Positions 23,837 through 34,521 of a stretch of DNA of 64,000 nt are shown here, piece by piece. A model generated the notes under the pieces. It worked only from the letters and a program-made list of their open reading frames with translations, did no database searches and was not told where the DNA came from. Position 1 is the stretch's first letter, and each line of letters opens with the position of its first letter. The stretch is from an uncultured delta proteobacterium (GTDB lineage: Bacteria > Desulfobacterota > Binatia > UBA9968), in contig CAVYTU010000014.1 in NCBI GenBank assembly GCA_963771465.1, forward strand, positions 480,001-544,000, given 5' to 3'. The position numbers and the translations under genes were made by a program.

Positions 23837-24090
23837 CAGAGACGACCCAAACTCAGGGAGAACGCATAACATCGTGTCGATCGAGGTGTGACCCTGTGGA
23901 ACGAAGGCACCAGCGCGATGGTTTGATTGTGTAGTCAGCGCTCGGCACGATGTTTGATGTTTTGCTGCTGATCTCTAAGCAGTTCGCCGCGCTTGCATCT
24001 TCAAGGCACAACGGCTTTGCCTTGGTTCCGGAAGGGTTGCGTCTCGATCGCAGATTTAGTGCGAATAAGCCGGGCGATCGCCGCGCGCAC

Positions 24091-26538
24091 TCACCGATTG
24101 GCGTTGGTCTGATTACCTGCCGGGGCTAATTGTTTTTGCTGCTCGCTGAATAGTTTCAACTTTTGCTGCACCCGATCGTTGACCGAACCCTCCGGATAGC
24201 TGCTATCGCTATTTCGTGCGCCGGCGGCAATTCCAGTCAAAACCTCGATCCCTTCATCGATCGTGCTCACCGCATAGATGTGAAACTTGCCGGCGCGCAC
24301 GGCGGCGACGACATCGCCGCGCAGCATGAGATTGCGCACGTTGGCGCGCGGAATCATCACGCCCTGGCCCGCGCTGAAACCCTTGAGCCGGCAGACATCG
24401 TAGTGGCCTTCGATTTTGTAATTGACCCCGCCGATCGCCTGCACTTCGCCGTTTTGATTGACCGAACCGGTCACGGCGATGCCTTGCTTGATCGGTATGT
24501 CCGACAAGCTCGACAGGATTGCATATAACTCGGTCGACGACGCGCTGTCGCCGTCGACGCCATCGTAAGACTGTTCGAAGCAAACACTGCTCGATAACGA
24601 GAGCGGCGTTTGCTGGGCGTATTTGCCGCCTAAAAAGCCGCCGAGAATAAGCACGCCCTTGTCATGACTGTTACCGCTCATTTTCGATTCGCGCTCGATG
24701 TTGACTATACCGCCGCGTCCCATGAAAGTTTTTGCGGTAATGCGCGACGGCTTGCCGAAACTGAAATCGCCCAGCTGATAAACCGCCAAACCGTTGACCT
24801 GGCCGACCACCGCGCCGTCGACATCGACCAGCACGGTGCCCTCGGCGATCATCTCTTGTAAACGCTTTTCGATCAGATTGAGGCGAAAGGTCTTTTCCAC
24901 CAGCGCGCGCTCGACATGTTTACCCGATACCAGCTCGACGTTTTCTTTGCCGGCCCAGTAGTCCGATTCGATCAGTAAATCGACCATATCGCTGAAGCGC
25001 GTCGACAGTTTATTCTGATCCTCGACTTGGCGCGCGCATTGTTCGATGACCCGCGCCACGCCTTCGATGTCGAAATGGCGCAAGCCTTCGCGGTTACAAT
25101 AGTCGCTGATGAAGCAAGCGAACGCCGTGATATTTTCCTGGGAGCGGTCGATTTCAAAATTAAAATCCGCTTTGACTTTAAAAGTTTCGCGAAAATCGGG
25201 ATCGGCAGAAGCCAACGTTCGGTAGAGATAGGGACCGCCGATCATGATCACTTTGGTGTCGGTTGGAATCGCCTCGGGGCGAAGTCCCTGCGGCGGCACG
25301 AATCCGAAAAAAGCGCTCGGCTCTTCGATTCGCAGTTCGCGGTTTTTAATCACTCGCTGCAATGCTTCCCAGACACCGGCGTTGGACAGCACGTCGCGGT
25401 CGTAAAGAACCAGATAACCGCCGTTAGCCCGGCTGATCGATCCCGCTTTGATCAGGGTGAAGTCGGTGATATAGCCGCCGACGATCGGTTTCTTTTCGAT
25501 CACGCCGAATAGATTGTGGAAGGTGGGATTGGTTTCGACGATGATCGGTGCGCCCTGGGTGTCGCTATTATCGACGAAGACGTTCACACGATAGGGTTGA
25601 AACGGGTCGATGGACGGCTCGCCAAATTGCATTGCTCCCATCGGTCCGGTTGGCGGCGTCGCCTCGCCACCCTTGAAGCGCTGCAAATTTTTCAGAATGT
25701 GATCGCGCACGCCGTCGAGATAGCGGACTACCTTCGGGTGGTCCTGATATTTATCTTTTAACTCTGCAAGCGGAATGCGCACCAAATAATCCGCCGCTTG
25801 GGTTTCTACCACTTCCAGCTTGGCGGCGATCTCACGCTCCAGCTTTTTGCCTTCGCGCAGAGTGTCTTCGACTTTCTTTTCGAGCTCGCCGCGCTTTTCC
25901 TCCAGCTGTTTTTTCTCCGCCGCTGATAACGCCAGATAATCCGGCTCTTGCATCGGCTTGCCGTCCTTGGTCGGTAACAGCACGATGCCCGAAGGAGTCA
26001 TGCGCAGGGCAAAGCCATTTTGGCCCGCCTCCGCCATCAATCCTTCCATCATCTCTTGCTGGCGTTTTTGGATTTGTTCGACCGTTCCCTGGCGTTGGTG
26101 CGCATAGTCGTCGCTCTCGAACATTTTCTTCGCTTCGCGCTGTAAGTCTTGTACCAACTGCTCCATGTCCGATTTGAGCACCTTGCCCCAACCACGGCGG
26201 ATTTTCAGCGCCTGAGGACGATCGGCGTCGGCAAAGTTGTAGACGTAACACCAATCCTCGGGCGTGACCGCGTCGGCGCTCGGAACACCATGGGCGGTGA
26301 TGGCTTTTTTCAAGAACGCCTTGATGATACTGGTCTTGCCGGTGCCCGTCAGACCGGTAACGAAAATATTGAACCCTGGCTTGTTGACGCCGAGGCCAAA
26401 TTCGATGGCGCGAATGGCGCGGTCTTGTCCAATGAAGTCTTCGAGCGGCGTCATGTCCTTCGTGCACGTAAAAGGCAAGAAAGATAGATCACAGCGCCAA
26501 GTCAGTTGATCCGCCGGTATTTCACAATCGGTCGTCAT
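24091..26538 (-). CDS. Lon-like protease (LonC/AAA_32 type)
   Basis: FIGQDRA, GLTGTGKT, ANGGYL, GQVNGL; Ser-Lys dyad DGDSAS...KIEG. Confidence 0.92.
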   Translation of the reverse strand: MTTDCEIPADQLTWRCDLSFLPFTCTKDMTPLEDFIGQDRAIRAIEFGLGVNKPGFNIFVTGLTGTGKTSIIKAFLKKAITAHGVPSADAVTPEDWCYVYNFADADRPQALKIRRGWGKVLKSDMEQLVQDLQREAKKMFESDDYAHQRQGTVEQIQKRQQEMMEGLMAEAGQNGFALRMTPSGIVLLPTKDGKPMQEPDYLALSAAEKKQLEEKRGELEKKVEDTLREGKKLEREIAAKLEVVETQAADYLVRIPLAELKDKYQDHPKVVRYLDGVRDHILKNLQRFKGGEATPPTGPMGAMQFGEPSIDPFQPYRVNVFVDNSDTQGAPIIVETNPTFHNLFGVIEKKPIVGGYITDFTLIKAGSISRANGGYLVLYDRDVLSNAGVWEALQRVIKNRELRIEEPSAFFGFVPPQGLRPEAIPTDTKVIMIGGPYLYRTLASADPDFRETFKVKADFNFEIDRSQENITAFACFISDYCNREGLRHFDIEGVARVIEQCARQVEDQNKLSTRFSDMVDLLIESDYWAGKENVELVSGKHVERALVEKTFRLNLIEKRLQEMIAEGTVLVDVDGAVVGQVNGLAVYQLGDFSFGKPSRITAKTFMGRGGIVNIERESKMSGNSHDKGVLILGGFLGGKYAQQTPLSLSSSVCFEQSYDGVDGDSASSTELYAILSSLSDIPIKQGIAVTGSVNQNGEVQAIGGVNYKIEGHYDVCRLKGFSAGQGVMIPRANVRNLMLRGDVVAAVRAGKFHIYAVSTIDEGIEVLTGIAAGARNSDSSYPEGSVNDRVQQKLKLFSEQQKQLAPAGNQTNANR

Positions 26539-26661
26539 CTCGCTCTCCTCACAATCGTTGTTAGCGCAGAGAATAGGGACTCGGCTCCCGGTCGTCAACT
26601 CCCGGAACTAGCAGAAAACTTCTCTATTGAACCGCTCCATTCTACTCTCTATACTTCGTCG

Positions 26662-28083
26662 ATGAAGAGCCACGCGTCGGCGCATCGCTCCTGGCGGAAA
26701 AATTTTGCTTGGGTGATGCTCGTATGCTTCTGTTTGAATAGTTGCAGCTCGGTCATCGCGCCGATGCTGCCATCACTCGGTCCGCCCACGGAGGACGAAG
26801 AAACTAAAATCAGCCGCGAGTTTCGGCGCGAGGCGAAGAAGCATCTAAAATTCGTCAACAGCCCGGAAATCGAACGATTTGTCGACCGCATCGGCCGTCG
26901 TATTCTCTCCGCCGCTGGACCCCAAGTGTTTGACTACCGTTTTTTTGTCGTCGACGATGACCAGCTCAACGCTTTTGCAGTTCCCGGAGGCTCTGTTTAT
27001 CTCTTCAGCGGATTGATCGAACGCGCCAAGACCACCGACGAATTGGCCGGTGTGCTCGGCCACGAGATCGTCCATATCAAAGGACGCCATATGGCGCGCA
27101 ACTCCGGCCCCGATGCGATCTCTGTACTGAGTCTTCTCAGTATGGTTCTTTTGGCCCGCAGTGGCAGCGGCGCCCAGGCCGCGGGTATGGTTGGCCAAGG
27201 GATCGCCGCCGCCCGTCAGGCGTCCTATAGCCGAGGGTTAGAAATGGAATCCGATACCCTGGGCGCCAGATACATGGCGGCGGCTGGATATGATCCCAAA
27301 GGTGTCATCGGTTTTCTCAAGACTCTCGATCAAGAAAGAGCGCTTAATCCCATCGAGGTCCCGGCTTATGTGATGAGCCATCCGGTGACTCAAGAGCGCG
27401 TCGCCAACGCGGAACTCGTCGTCAAGTCGCTGGGCGCTACCAATATCCGGCCCGATGATCTCGACACTTTGAAGAAAGTGCAAATCATTATCCGCATGGA
27501 GCGGGCCAATCGCGACACCGTGGTCAGTGATTACGCCAAACAAGTGCAACAACATCCGGCTGACCCTGAACTGCTACACTTGCTTGCCTTTGCCCAGCAG
27601 TTGAAAGGCGATTTGCCAGCGGCCAAACGCAACTACGAGCAGGCGCGCAAGCTAAACCCCAATCATCCGGGCCGCCAGAGGGATCTCGGCCGATTTTACA
27701 CCCAGACCGAAGATTATCCGGCGGCGCGGGCCGCATATGACCAAGCGCTGGTGTTAGAGCCCAACGAACCGCTAACTTACTTTTATATGGGCGAGATGCT
27801 GGAGAAGTCCGGTGACCTGCGCAGCGCGGCGGGCGCGTATTTAAATGCGAATAATCTCGCGCCGCTTTGGTACCGCCCGCCGCAACGACTCGGCTTTGTG
27901 TACAGTAAACTTGACCGGCTCGGCGATGGTTACTACTATCTTGGCCGATCTTACTTGTTGCAAGATGAAGATGAACGAGCGATCACCGAGTTTGAGCGTG
28001 CACTCAAGATCAGCGGCACCACCACGCCCCGGGGACAAGTGATCGCCGAAGAACTCAAAGTTCTAAAAAACCGAAAGAAGTAG
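26662..28083 (+). CDS. M48 metalloprotease with TPR repeats (BepA-like)
   Basis: NAFAVPGG, HEIVH, SHP motifs, C-terminal TPRs and a lipoprotein-like N-terminus. Confidence 0.9.
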   Translation: MKSHASAHRSWRKNFAWVMLVCFCLNSCSSVIAPMLPSLGPPTEDEETKISREFRREAKKHLKFVNSPEIERFVDRIGRRILSAAGPQVFDYRFFVVDDDQLNAFAVPGGSVYLFSGLIERAKTTDELAGVLGHEIVHIKGRHMARNSGPDAISVLSLLSMVLLARSGSGAQAAGMVGQGIAAARQASYSRGLEMESDTLGARYMAAAGYDPKGVIGFLKTLDQERALNPIEVPAYVMSHPVTQERVANAELVVKSLGATNIRPDDLDTLKKVQIIIRMERANRDTVVSDYAKQVQQHPADPELLHLLAFAQQLKGDLPAAKRNYEQARKLNPNHPGRQRDLGRFYTQTEDYPAARAAYDQALVLEPNEPLTYFYMGEMLEKSGDLRSAAGAYLNANNLAPLWYRPPQRLGFVYSKLDRLGDGYYYLGRSYLLQDEDERAITEFERALKISGTTTPRGQVIAEELKVLKNRKK

Positions 28084-28085
28084 CG

Positions 28086-28463
28086 CTATTGGCTCCCCGC
28101 CATAGCGGCGAAGGATACAACTGGTTGGCGTTCCGCTTTGAAATAACGGTTTTCCCGTCTGAGTAACGATTCTCGCATATAGGCCGGGTCAAAACCCAAC
28201 AGTTCGCAGATGTTGGTGAAGGAGTATAGCCAATCCGTGCTGGTGGTGTCCTCGACCCATTCAATGGCGTTTTCATAGTTAATTCGGCCGGGACCACTGC
28301 GGGCGTCGCGGTATTTTTCTAAACACTCAACGGCGTCCTTTAGAATGGCGATCATCAGCCGCTTTTCCCCTTCAAGCTTGCGTGACAAACCCCCCGAGCC
28401 ATAAAACTGCGATGGCAGAAAAATATCCGGTTCGAGAATCCTTGCTAGAAAATCATCGTACAT
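28086..28463 (-). CDS. Conserved hypothetical protein (paralog of 37700-38152)
   Basis: RBS GAGGAG; shares PD..SQ, RLMxAxLxDAVxC and SFxNxCExLGxDPxYMR with the 37700-38152 ORF. Confidence 0.8.
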   Translation of the reverse strand: MYDDFLARILEPDIFLPSQFYGSGGLSRKLEGEKRLMIAILKDAVECLEKYRDARSGPGRINYENAIEWVEDTTSTDWLYSFTNICELLGFDPAYMRESLLRRENRYFKAERQPVVSFAAMAGSQ

Positions 28464-28763
28464 TAGCGAACCTACTCCTCGTTAATTTGAATCGAATTCT
28501 ATACCACACGGCCTAGTGCTGGGCAAGAAAAAAATCTCTCCTGTGTAGTAGCAAAGTGAATCTGACCGAAAAAATCCCCAACTTATAGACAAAGTCGAGG
28601 CAGCAGAATGGCTAATGATTGTTTGAAACCGGCCAAGTTTTGGCAAAAACCGAAGATCGAGGAACGGAGAGAGTAGACGTCAGAACCCGCTAGTCAAGAT
28701 GAAGACCGAGGTCGGTCGTCCATTCAAGACTAGCGGGCGCGTCTATGAGAACTGGCAGATTGA

Positions 28764-29474
28764 TTAGATGCCGTCCATCAAACCGGCTAGTTTGGTTTTG
28801 GCGACGTTGTGATCCCAAACTTTTTGCACCACTGAATCTTTGCGTCGCCCTTTCATCACCCGCTGAGTTTCGTCTTCGTTGTAAACCAGCACCGGACCGA
28901 GCAATGACGCCTTATAGAACCGCGCCGCAGCTTCTTCCAAATCAACACAGGCGGCAAAAACCCATTCAATTGTTTGTGCGACGACGAGAGAACCGTGGCC
29001 GCGCAACATCAACGCATCGGCCTTGCCGAGCGCCTGCGCCACCGCATCCCCTTGCTCAATAGTATGAATCAGCGCCGGGTCCATGTACTTGGGTAAGGCG
29101 CCGGGGCCAAAGAAGGCGCCCGGGTTGGAGGACGCCGGGAAAAACGGCTTATCGACCATACTCAAGGTCGCTACCATGTGATTATGCAGATGCGCCACAC
29201 TGTGCACGTCGCTGCGCGCTTTGTAGGCGCGCGCATGCATGAACACTTCCGACGGCGCTTTGTATTTGCCTTCGATCACCTTGCCGTCGAAGTCTGTTAC
29301 GACCATATCGTCGGCTTTGACCGTCGCGCGGCTGACCGGGTGCGGCAGGATTAACAGATGATCGGAACCCGGGATGCGCACGCTGATATGTCCGCTATAA
29401 TCAACCAGCCCGGAGTTGAATAACATACGCGACGACATCGCCAGGATCTTTTTGAGTTCGCTAAGTTCGGCCAT
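28764..29474 (-). CDS. Class II aldolase/adducin family protein
   Basis: GHISVR, PSEVFMH, VAHLH, LRGHG. Confidence 0.88.
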   Translation of the reverse strand: MAELSELKKILAMSSRMLFNSGLVDYSGHISVRIPGSDHLLILPHPVSRATVKADDMVVTDFDGKVIEGKYKAPSEVFMHARAYKARSDVHSVAHLHNHMVATLSMVDKPFFPASSNPGAFFGPGALPKYMDPALIHTIEQGDAVAQALGKADALMLRGHGSLVVAQTIEWVFAACVDLEEAAARFYKASLLGPVLVYNEDETQRVMKGRRKDSVVQKVWDHNVAKTKLAGLMDGI

Positions 29475-29607
29475 GGAAAATCTCCCTCCATCATCGTTAC
29501 TGAAAAATTCCGGCCATCATATACACTGAAACGGCTAAGTCGCAACTTGACTCTTGTCAGGAACACCGTGAAATAGACTTAATCATAAGCAATCGAAAGG
29601 ACAGCCA

Positions 29608-31395
29608 ATGGCGAACAATAGTGCCGAAGGAATCCGCTGGGACTTAAGTGATCTTTTCACAGCCCACGACGACGCGCGCATTGAGAAAACCCTGACTGAT
29701 TGCCGCTTGCAGGCGGAAAGGTTCGCCGAGCGTTTCCGTGCGGCGATGGAAAACCCGCAAACCCTCGCCGCCGACACGCTGCTCCATGCGCTCAATGATC
29801 TGGAAATCATCTATGAGGCGCTAGGCCGAGTTGGCAGCTACGCCGGTCTGCTTTACGCCGCAGACACGGCGAAGCCGGAGCATCAAGACCTGGAACAACA
29901 AGTTGAGCAACGCAGCACGGAAATTAGAAATCTGCTGCTATTCTTCGAACTCGCATGGCTCACAGTCGAGGATGAAATTGCCAACAGGCTCATCAGCGAT
30001 CCGCAGCTCGAATCCTATCGCCATTATCTTGTCAGCTTGCGCCGCTATCGCCCGCACACGCTCTCGGAGCTCGAAGAAAAACTCATCAACGAAAAAGACA
30101 ACACCGGACGCAACGCTTTCGGCCGGCTGTTCTCGGAGATGACATCATCGCTGACGTTCCAGATCGAAAGAGATGGTAAATCGGAAGAGCTGAATCTGAG
30201 CCAGACTCTTTCGCTGCTGCACGAGCCGGATCGAAGTCTGCGGCAAAGAGCGATGGACACACTCTACCAAGGGCTGTCCCAACACGGGCAAGTCCTGACG
30301 TTCATCTACGACACGCTGATCCAAGACAACCTGACCACGGACCGATTGCGTCACTATCCGCATCCCATGGCGCCGCGCCACCTGTCCAATGAGATCGACG
30401 GTGACGCCGTGAAGACAATGATGGTAGTGGCCGAGGCGAATTACGGTTTGGCGCAAGACTACTTCCGATTGAAAGCCAGGCTTCTCGAACTTCCAAAACT
30501 CGCGCTTTACGATCAGTACGCGCCGGTCGGCAAAGAAGCGAAAACTTTTCCGTACGCACAAGCCAAAGAAGTCATCCTCAACGCGTTCGGCGCTTTCGAA
30601 CCGAGCTTTCGCCAACTCGCGTCCGAGTTTTTTGCGAAAAATTGGATTGACGCCGAAATCCGCAAGGGCAAACGCGGCGGCGCCTTTTGTGCCTCGCCGT
30701 CACCACAGCTGCATCCCTATATTCTCTGCAACTACGACGACAACCTACGCGACGTCATGACCGTCGCCCACGAACTAGGTCACGGGCTGCACGGTTGTCT
30801 CAGCCGCAAGCAAAACTATTTCAATTACGACACACCGCTCACGACAGCGGAAACCGCGTCGGTCTTCGCTGAAATGCTGGTTTTCGATTACTTGCTCGGG
30901 CAACAAACCGATCCGCAGGTACAGATAGCGCTGCTCGCCGGCAAGATCGAAGACATTTTCGCCACCGTCTTTCGCCAAAACGTGCTGACTCGCTTCGAAG
31001 AACTAGCCTTCGCCGCCAGAAAAGAAAAACGGCTGACGCCCGACGCGCTGGGCAAACTCTGGCTCGACGCAAACGGCAAATACTACGGCGACGCCGTCGA
31101 CATGCCGGAAGGTTATAAATGGGGCTGGTCATACATTCCCCACTTCATCCACTCCCGCTTTTACTGTTACAGCTACGTCTTCGGCCAACTCTTGGTTCTC
31201 GCCTTGTATCGAATGTACAAAGACCAAGGCAAAAGCTTCGTGCCAAAGTATATCGCTTTGCTAGAAGCCGGAGGCTCGGACACGCCGGATGCGCTGCTCA
31301 AACCGCTCGGCGTGGATATTCACAAAGCGGAGTTTTGGCAGAAAGGGTTTGAAGAGATTCGCACTCTAACAACGAAATTGACTGAACTTATCTAG
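29608..31395 (+). CDS. pepF: Oligoendopeptidase F (M3B)
   Basis: WDLSDLF, GKRGGAF, AHELGH, AETAS, YIPHF..FYCYSY. Confidence 0.93.
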   Translation: MANNSAEGIRWDLSDLFTAHDDARIEKTLTDCRLQAERFAERFRAAMENPQTLAADTLLHALNDLEIIYEALGRVGSYAGLLYAADTAKPEHQDLEQQVEQRSTEIRNLLLFFELAWLTVEDEIANRLISDPQLESYRHYLVSLRRYRPHTLSELEEKLINEKDNTGRNAFGRLFSEMTSSLTFQIERDGKSEELNLSQTLSLLHEPDRSLRQRAMDTLYQGLSQHGQVLTFIYDTLIQDNLTTDRLRHYPHPMAPRHLSNEIDGDAVKTMMVVAEANYGLAQDYFRLKARLLELPKLALYDQYAPVGKEAKTFPYAQAKEVILNAFGAFEPSFRQLASEFFAKNWIDAEIRKGKRGGAFCASPSPQLHPYILCNYDDNLRDVMTVAHELGHGLHGCLSRKQNYFNYDTPLTTAETASVFAEMLVFDYLLGQQTDPQVQIALLAGKIEDIFATVFRQNVLTRFEELAFAARKEKRLTPDALGKLWLDANGKYYGDAVDMPEGYKWGWSYIPHFIHSRFYCYSYVFGQLLVLALYRMYKDQGKSFVPKYIALLEAGGSDTPDALLKPLGVDIHKAEFWQKGFEEIRTLTTKLTELI

Positions 31396-32771
31396 CTTCG
31401 CTGACATGGGTTTTGTACCAGCTTGAACGCCTAACAATCTCACGATGAGCCTAAGAATCATTGAACTTGTAGACAGCAAAACAACTGTGATCAAGAAGTA
31501 ACCCAGGCTTTGCTGATATTGGTAGGTCGAACTTGCGACAATCATTTGAAATCCGAGGCCGGCAGTCGCACCGAAAAGCTCGCCGACGAGCATCGCAATA
31601 AAAGCAATCGGCAGCGCATTCTCGACGGCAATCATCCCTCGTTGCAGCAAGGGTGCATCTCTGAACGCCCACAAAGTCTGAACAAGCGAAAAGAAAATCA
31701 ACAATCCAACTCCCATCATTTTATAGCCGACGCCAACAACGAAGCCTCTACTCCAACTTATCTCATCCATAAACTGAAAGCAGAAATAAAATATCAGAAT
31801 CCACAAGCCAATCGGCGAGAGAAACGTTGCCGGTAAGATTTTGGCGATCGCGTGTTGAGTCTTCTCGGATCTGTGCATAGCGGTCGATACAGTGAGAGCA
31901 AGTAAACCGCCGAAAAGCACTCCTCCACCGATTTCCTTCAGCGATACAAAAATGCTCCGCCAAGCGTCATGGGTAAATAGCAATTCACTTACTCCTTGAA
32001 TTGCGGAAAATGAACCAGAACCATCGTACAAAAAAACACTGCAGGTCAGTTCCCAAAACAACAACCAAATCAGTGTCAACAGCGCTATTCCGGGAATCGA
32101 ACCTTCATTTAAGAAAAACAATTCCTTATTGCGTTGGATCGCGAGCCTCGTGCAGGCCGCCAGAAAATTTCGCCTGAATATCCAATTGATCAAGAGCACT
32201 AAGGTCACCACCAAAGCAAGAACCGTAAATCCCATCGCGGCATCAGAGTTCACCGAAAATATTTGCCAACTCCACGCCCCACCCATACTTGGGCAAGCAA
32301 AGTGAAAAGTAGAGATTGGACAGTGACTTCGCCAGCCGCATATTGGAAGGCGTCACGGCTTGAAAACTCCAGGAATGAACGCGCGGCGAGATACTGATAA
32401 ATCGCCGCGAGCGCTGCGGCAGCAATGCCAAGCGTAAACCAGTCATGGACCGCGTAGACAGCTAGGAAAGGAAACCACATCGCAATCCGTAGAAAACGAA
32501 TTGCGGCCCGTGTTAACCAACCATTTCTCAGAATGACCAGACTAACAGCCCAGCCGATAAGACCGCCCGCAACGAGCGAGAACATCGCCTGCCGGAGCAT
32601 GCCAGGAAAACCTCGGAGATATTCGATATCGCCAAGCGATCGGAAGTACACAAATGGATGCGGGAACCGGGTTGTATCTCTAATGCCCAGATAGGACGTC
32701 AGGTCGTAAAGAAACGAAACGACGGCAATGAATAGAAATATCGTGACCCGATCGACGTGCCATTTTTTCAA
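31366..32771 (-). CDS. Divergent double-domain ABC permease-like membrane protein (split by frameshift near 32270)
   Basis: Two hydrophobic ORFs; AMLVGELFGATAGLGF resembles the SsuC/TauC C-terminus; AT-richer than flanks. Confidence 0.6.
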
Positions 32772-32816
32772 ATTGCGCCTCCGCCGGATTTGCTGGTGGC
32801 TTGGCCGCGCGTGAAG

Positions 32817-34259
32817 CTATTTCATCCGAAAACTCGGCGGTACGACTTCGTCGATGGCTTTTCCCGTCCAGTGCCATTTGGCGACGCTATCCCAGACCTG
32901 TTCGCCTTTGGCCTGGACTTTTTCCAACAACTCTTCTTCGTTGAGGCGAAGAAATTTGCCGTTGTCGACCAGCGTCTCGCCGTCGACGATGACCGTGCGC
33001 ACGTCGCGGCTGACGGCGGTTTCCATTAAGGATCGAATGGGATCGCGCACGGCGCCGAAGGCGATGTCGCGGAGATTGACGATCGTGATGTCGGCTTTGG
33101 CGCCTTTTTGTAATCGGCCCAAGTCGTCGCGGCCGAGCATCTTGGCGCCGCCAAGCGTGATCGAGTTAAATACATCGCGCGGATGGCCGGCGAGGAAGCT
33201 CTTGTCGGCGACGCGAGACGCGATCGCCGCATAACGCATGTCGGAGAGAATGTCCTTGGGAAAAGTGTCGGTGCCGATGCCCATGTTGATACCGGCTTGG
33301 CGATACTTATCGAACGACTCCATCAAAATACCGAGCTTTAAATATTTTAGCGGGCTGTAGGCCACCGACGCGCCGGAGTCGGCGATAATTTTAAGATCGT
33401 CGCCATAGGGATACGAGAGCCAGCTGTGGCCGCTGATAAAAATGCAGTGCGACAGCGAAACTTCAGGGTTTAGAAAGCCGAATTTTTTGAGCAACTCGAT
33501 CGGTGTGCAGCGCTCGCGCTGCATGACGGTGTGAAACTCGAATAGATTGATGGTCGCATGAATCTGCACGCCGACGCCGGTGTCCTTCGCAGCTCTGGTC
33601 GTATCGTTCAACAACGCCGGCGTGCAGGAATCGACATGGCCGGGAAACAACATCGCCGTCATGCGCCCGTTGCACGCGCCGTTGAATTTTTTGGCGAAGT
33701 CGATGGCGCTTTTCAATCCCTTACTGCCGCGCTCGTCGTCCCAGTCGTATTCCAGTCTGCCTTCTTTATCGTGGAAGAAGGCGACGTTCTTGTAGCTCGG
33801 ACCGGCGACGCAACGGATGCCAACTTGATCGATCATGTCGACATAACGTTGCGGCTCACCGCCGGCGCCGCCGATATCGAACGTGGTCGTTACGCCGCTT
33901 TTGAGCACGTGAATGATCGAATAGCGTTGGCCGATGTCGACGTCTTTTAAGTGCGCCGAGTGTGCGCCCTCGCGCGTCGGGCCGCCGTGGGCGAGATAAT
34001 TCGAAGCGAAGAAATCGGTTTTGGTGGAATCGTTGAGTATGTAGTCGCTGGCATTGATACCCGAGTGAAAGTGCGTGTCGATAAAACCGGGGGAAACCAG
34101 GCAGCCTTTGGCGTCGATCCGTTGATCGACCGGCTGGCTGTAATCTTTGCCGACGAACTCGACGCGATTGCCGTCATAAACGACCACACCGTCTTTGATC
34201 ACTTCGTGTGCGTTGCCGTCGAAACCGACGACCCAGCCGCCTTGGATAAGCGTTTTCAT
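32817..34259 (-). CDS. Amidohydrolase (chlorohydrolase/deaminase family)
   Basis: PGFIDTHFH, QIHA, SHC, GTD, GAKADI. Confidence 0.9.
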   Translation of the reverse strand: MKTLIQGGWVVGFDGNAHEVIKDGVVVYDGNRVEFVGKDYSQPVDQRIDAKGCLVSPGFIDTHFHSGINASDYILNDSTKTDFFASNYLAHGGPTREGAHSAHLKDVDIGQRYSIIHVLKSGVTTTFDIGGAGGEPQRYVDMIDQVGIRCVAGPSYKNVAFFHDKEGRLEYDWDDERGSKGLKSAIDFAKKFNGACNGRMTAMLFPGHVDSCTPALLNDTTRAAKDTGVGVQIHATINLFEFHTVMQRERCTPIELLKKFGFLNPEVSLSHCIFISGHSWLSYPYGDDLKIIADSGASVAYSPLKYLKLGILMESFDKYRQAGINMGIGTDTFPKDILSDMRYAAIASRVADKSFLAGHPRDVFNSITLGGAKMLGRDDLGRLQKGAKADITIVNLRDIAFGAVRDPIRSLMETAVSRDVRTVIVDGETLVDNGKFLRLNEEELLEKVQAKGEQVWDSVAKWHWTGKAIDEVVPPSFRMK

Positions 34260-34521
34260 TGTTCGTGCCTTTCAAATTCGGGAATGCGAAACAGTGGCAG
34301 GACTAACAAAAGAAAATCACCAAGACAAGGACTGTGGCGGGCGCGCAATCAGCAATTGATCAACGGCCGGGAGAGGCAAATTCATTGCCCCACGGTTCTT
34401 TGACGAATCCTTTTTTTTCTAGATGGGCGGTGAAATTATTGCCCAGGATGATCATGCGGCGGTCGACGATTTCTTTGGCGTCAACATCTAGGATGACTGC
34501 AAATGCTTCACTCCGAACACC

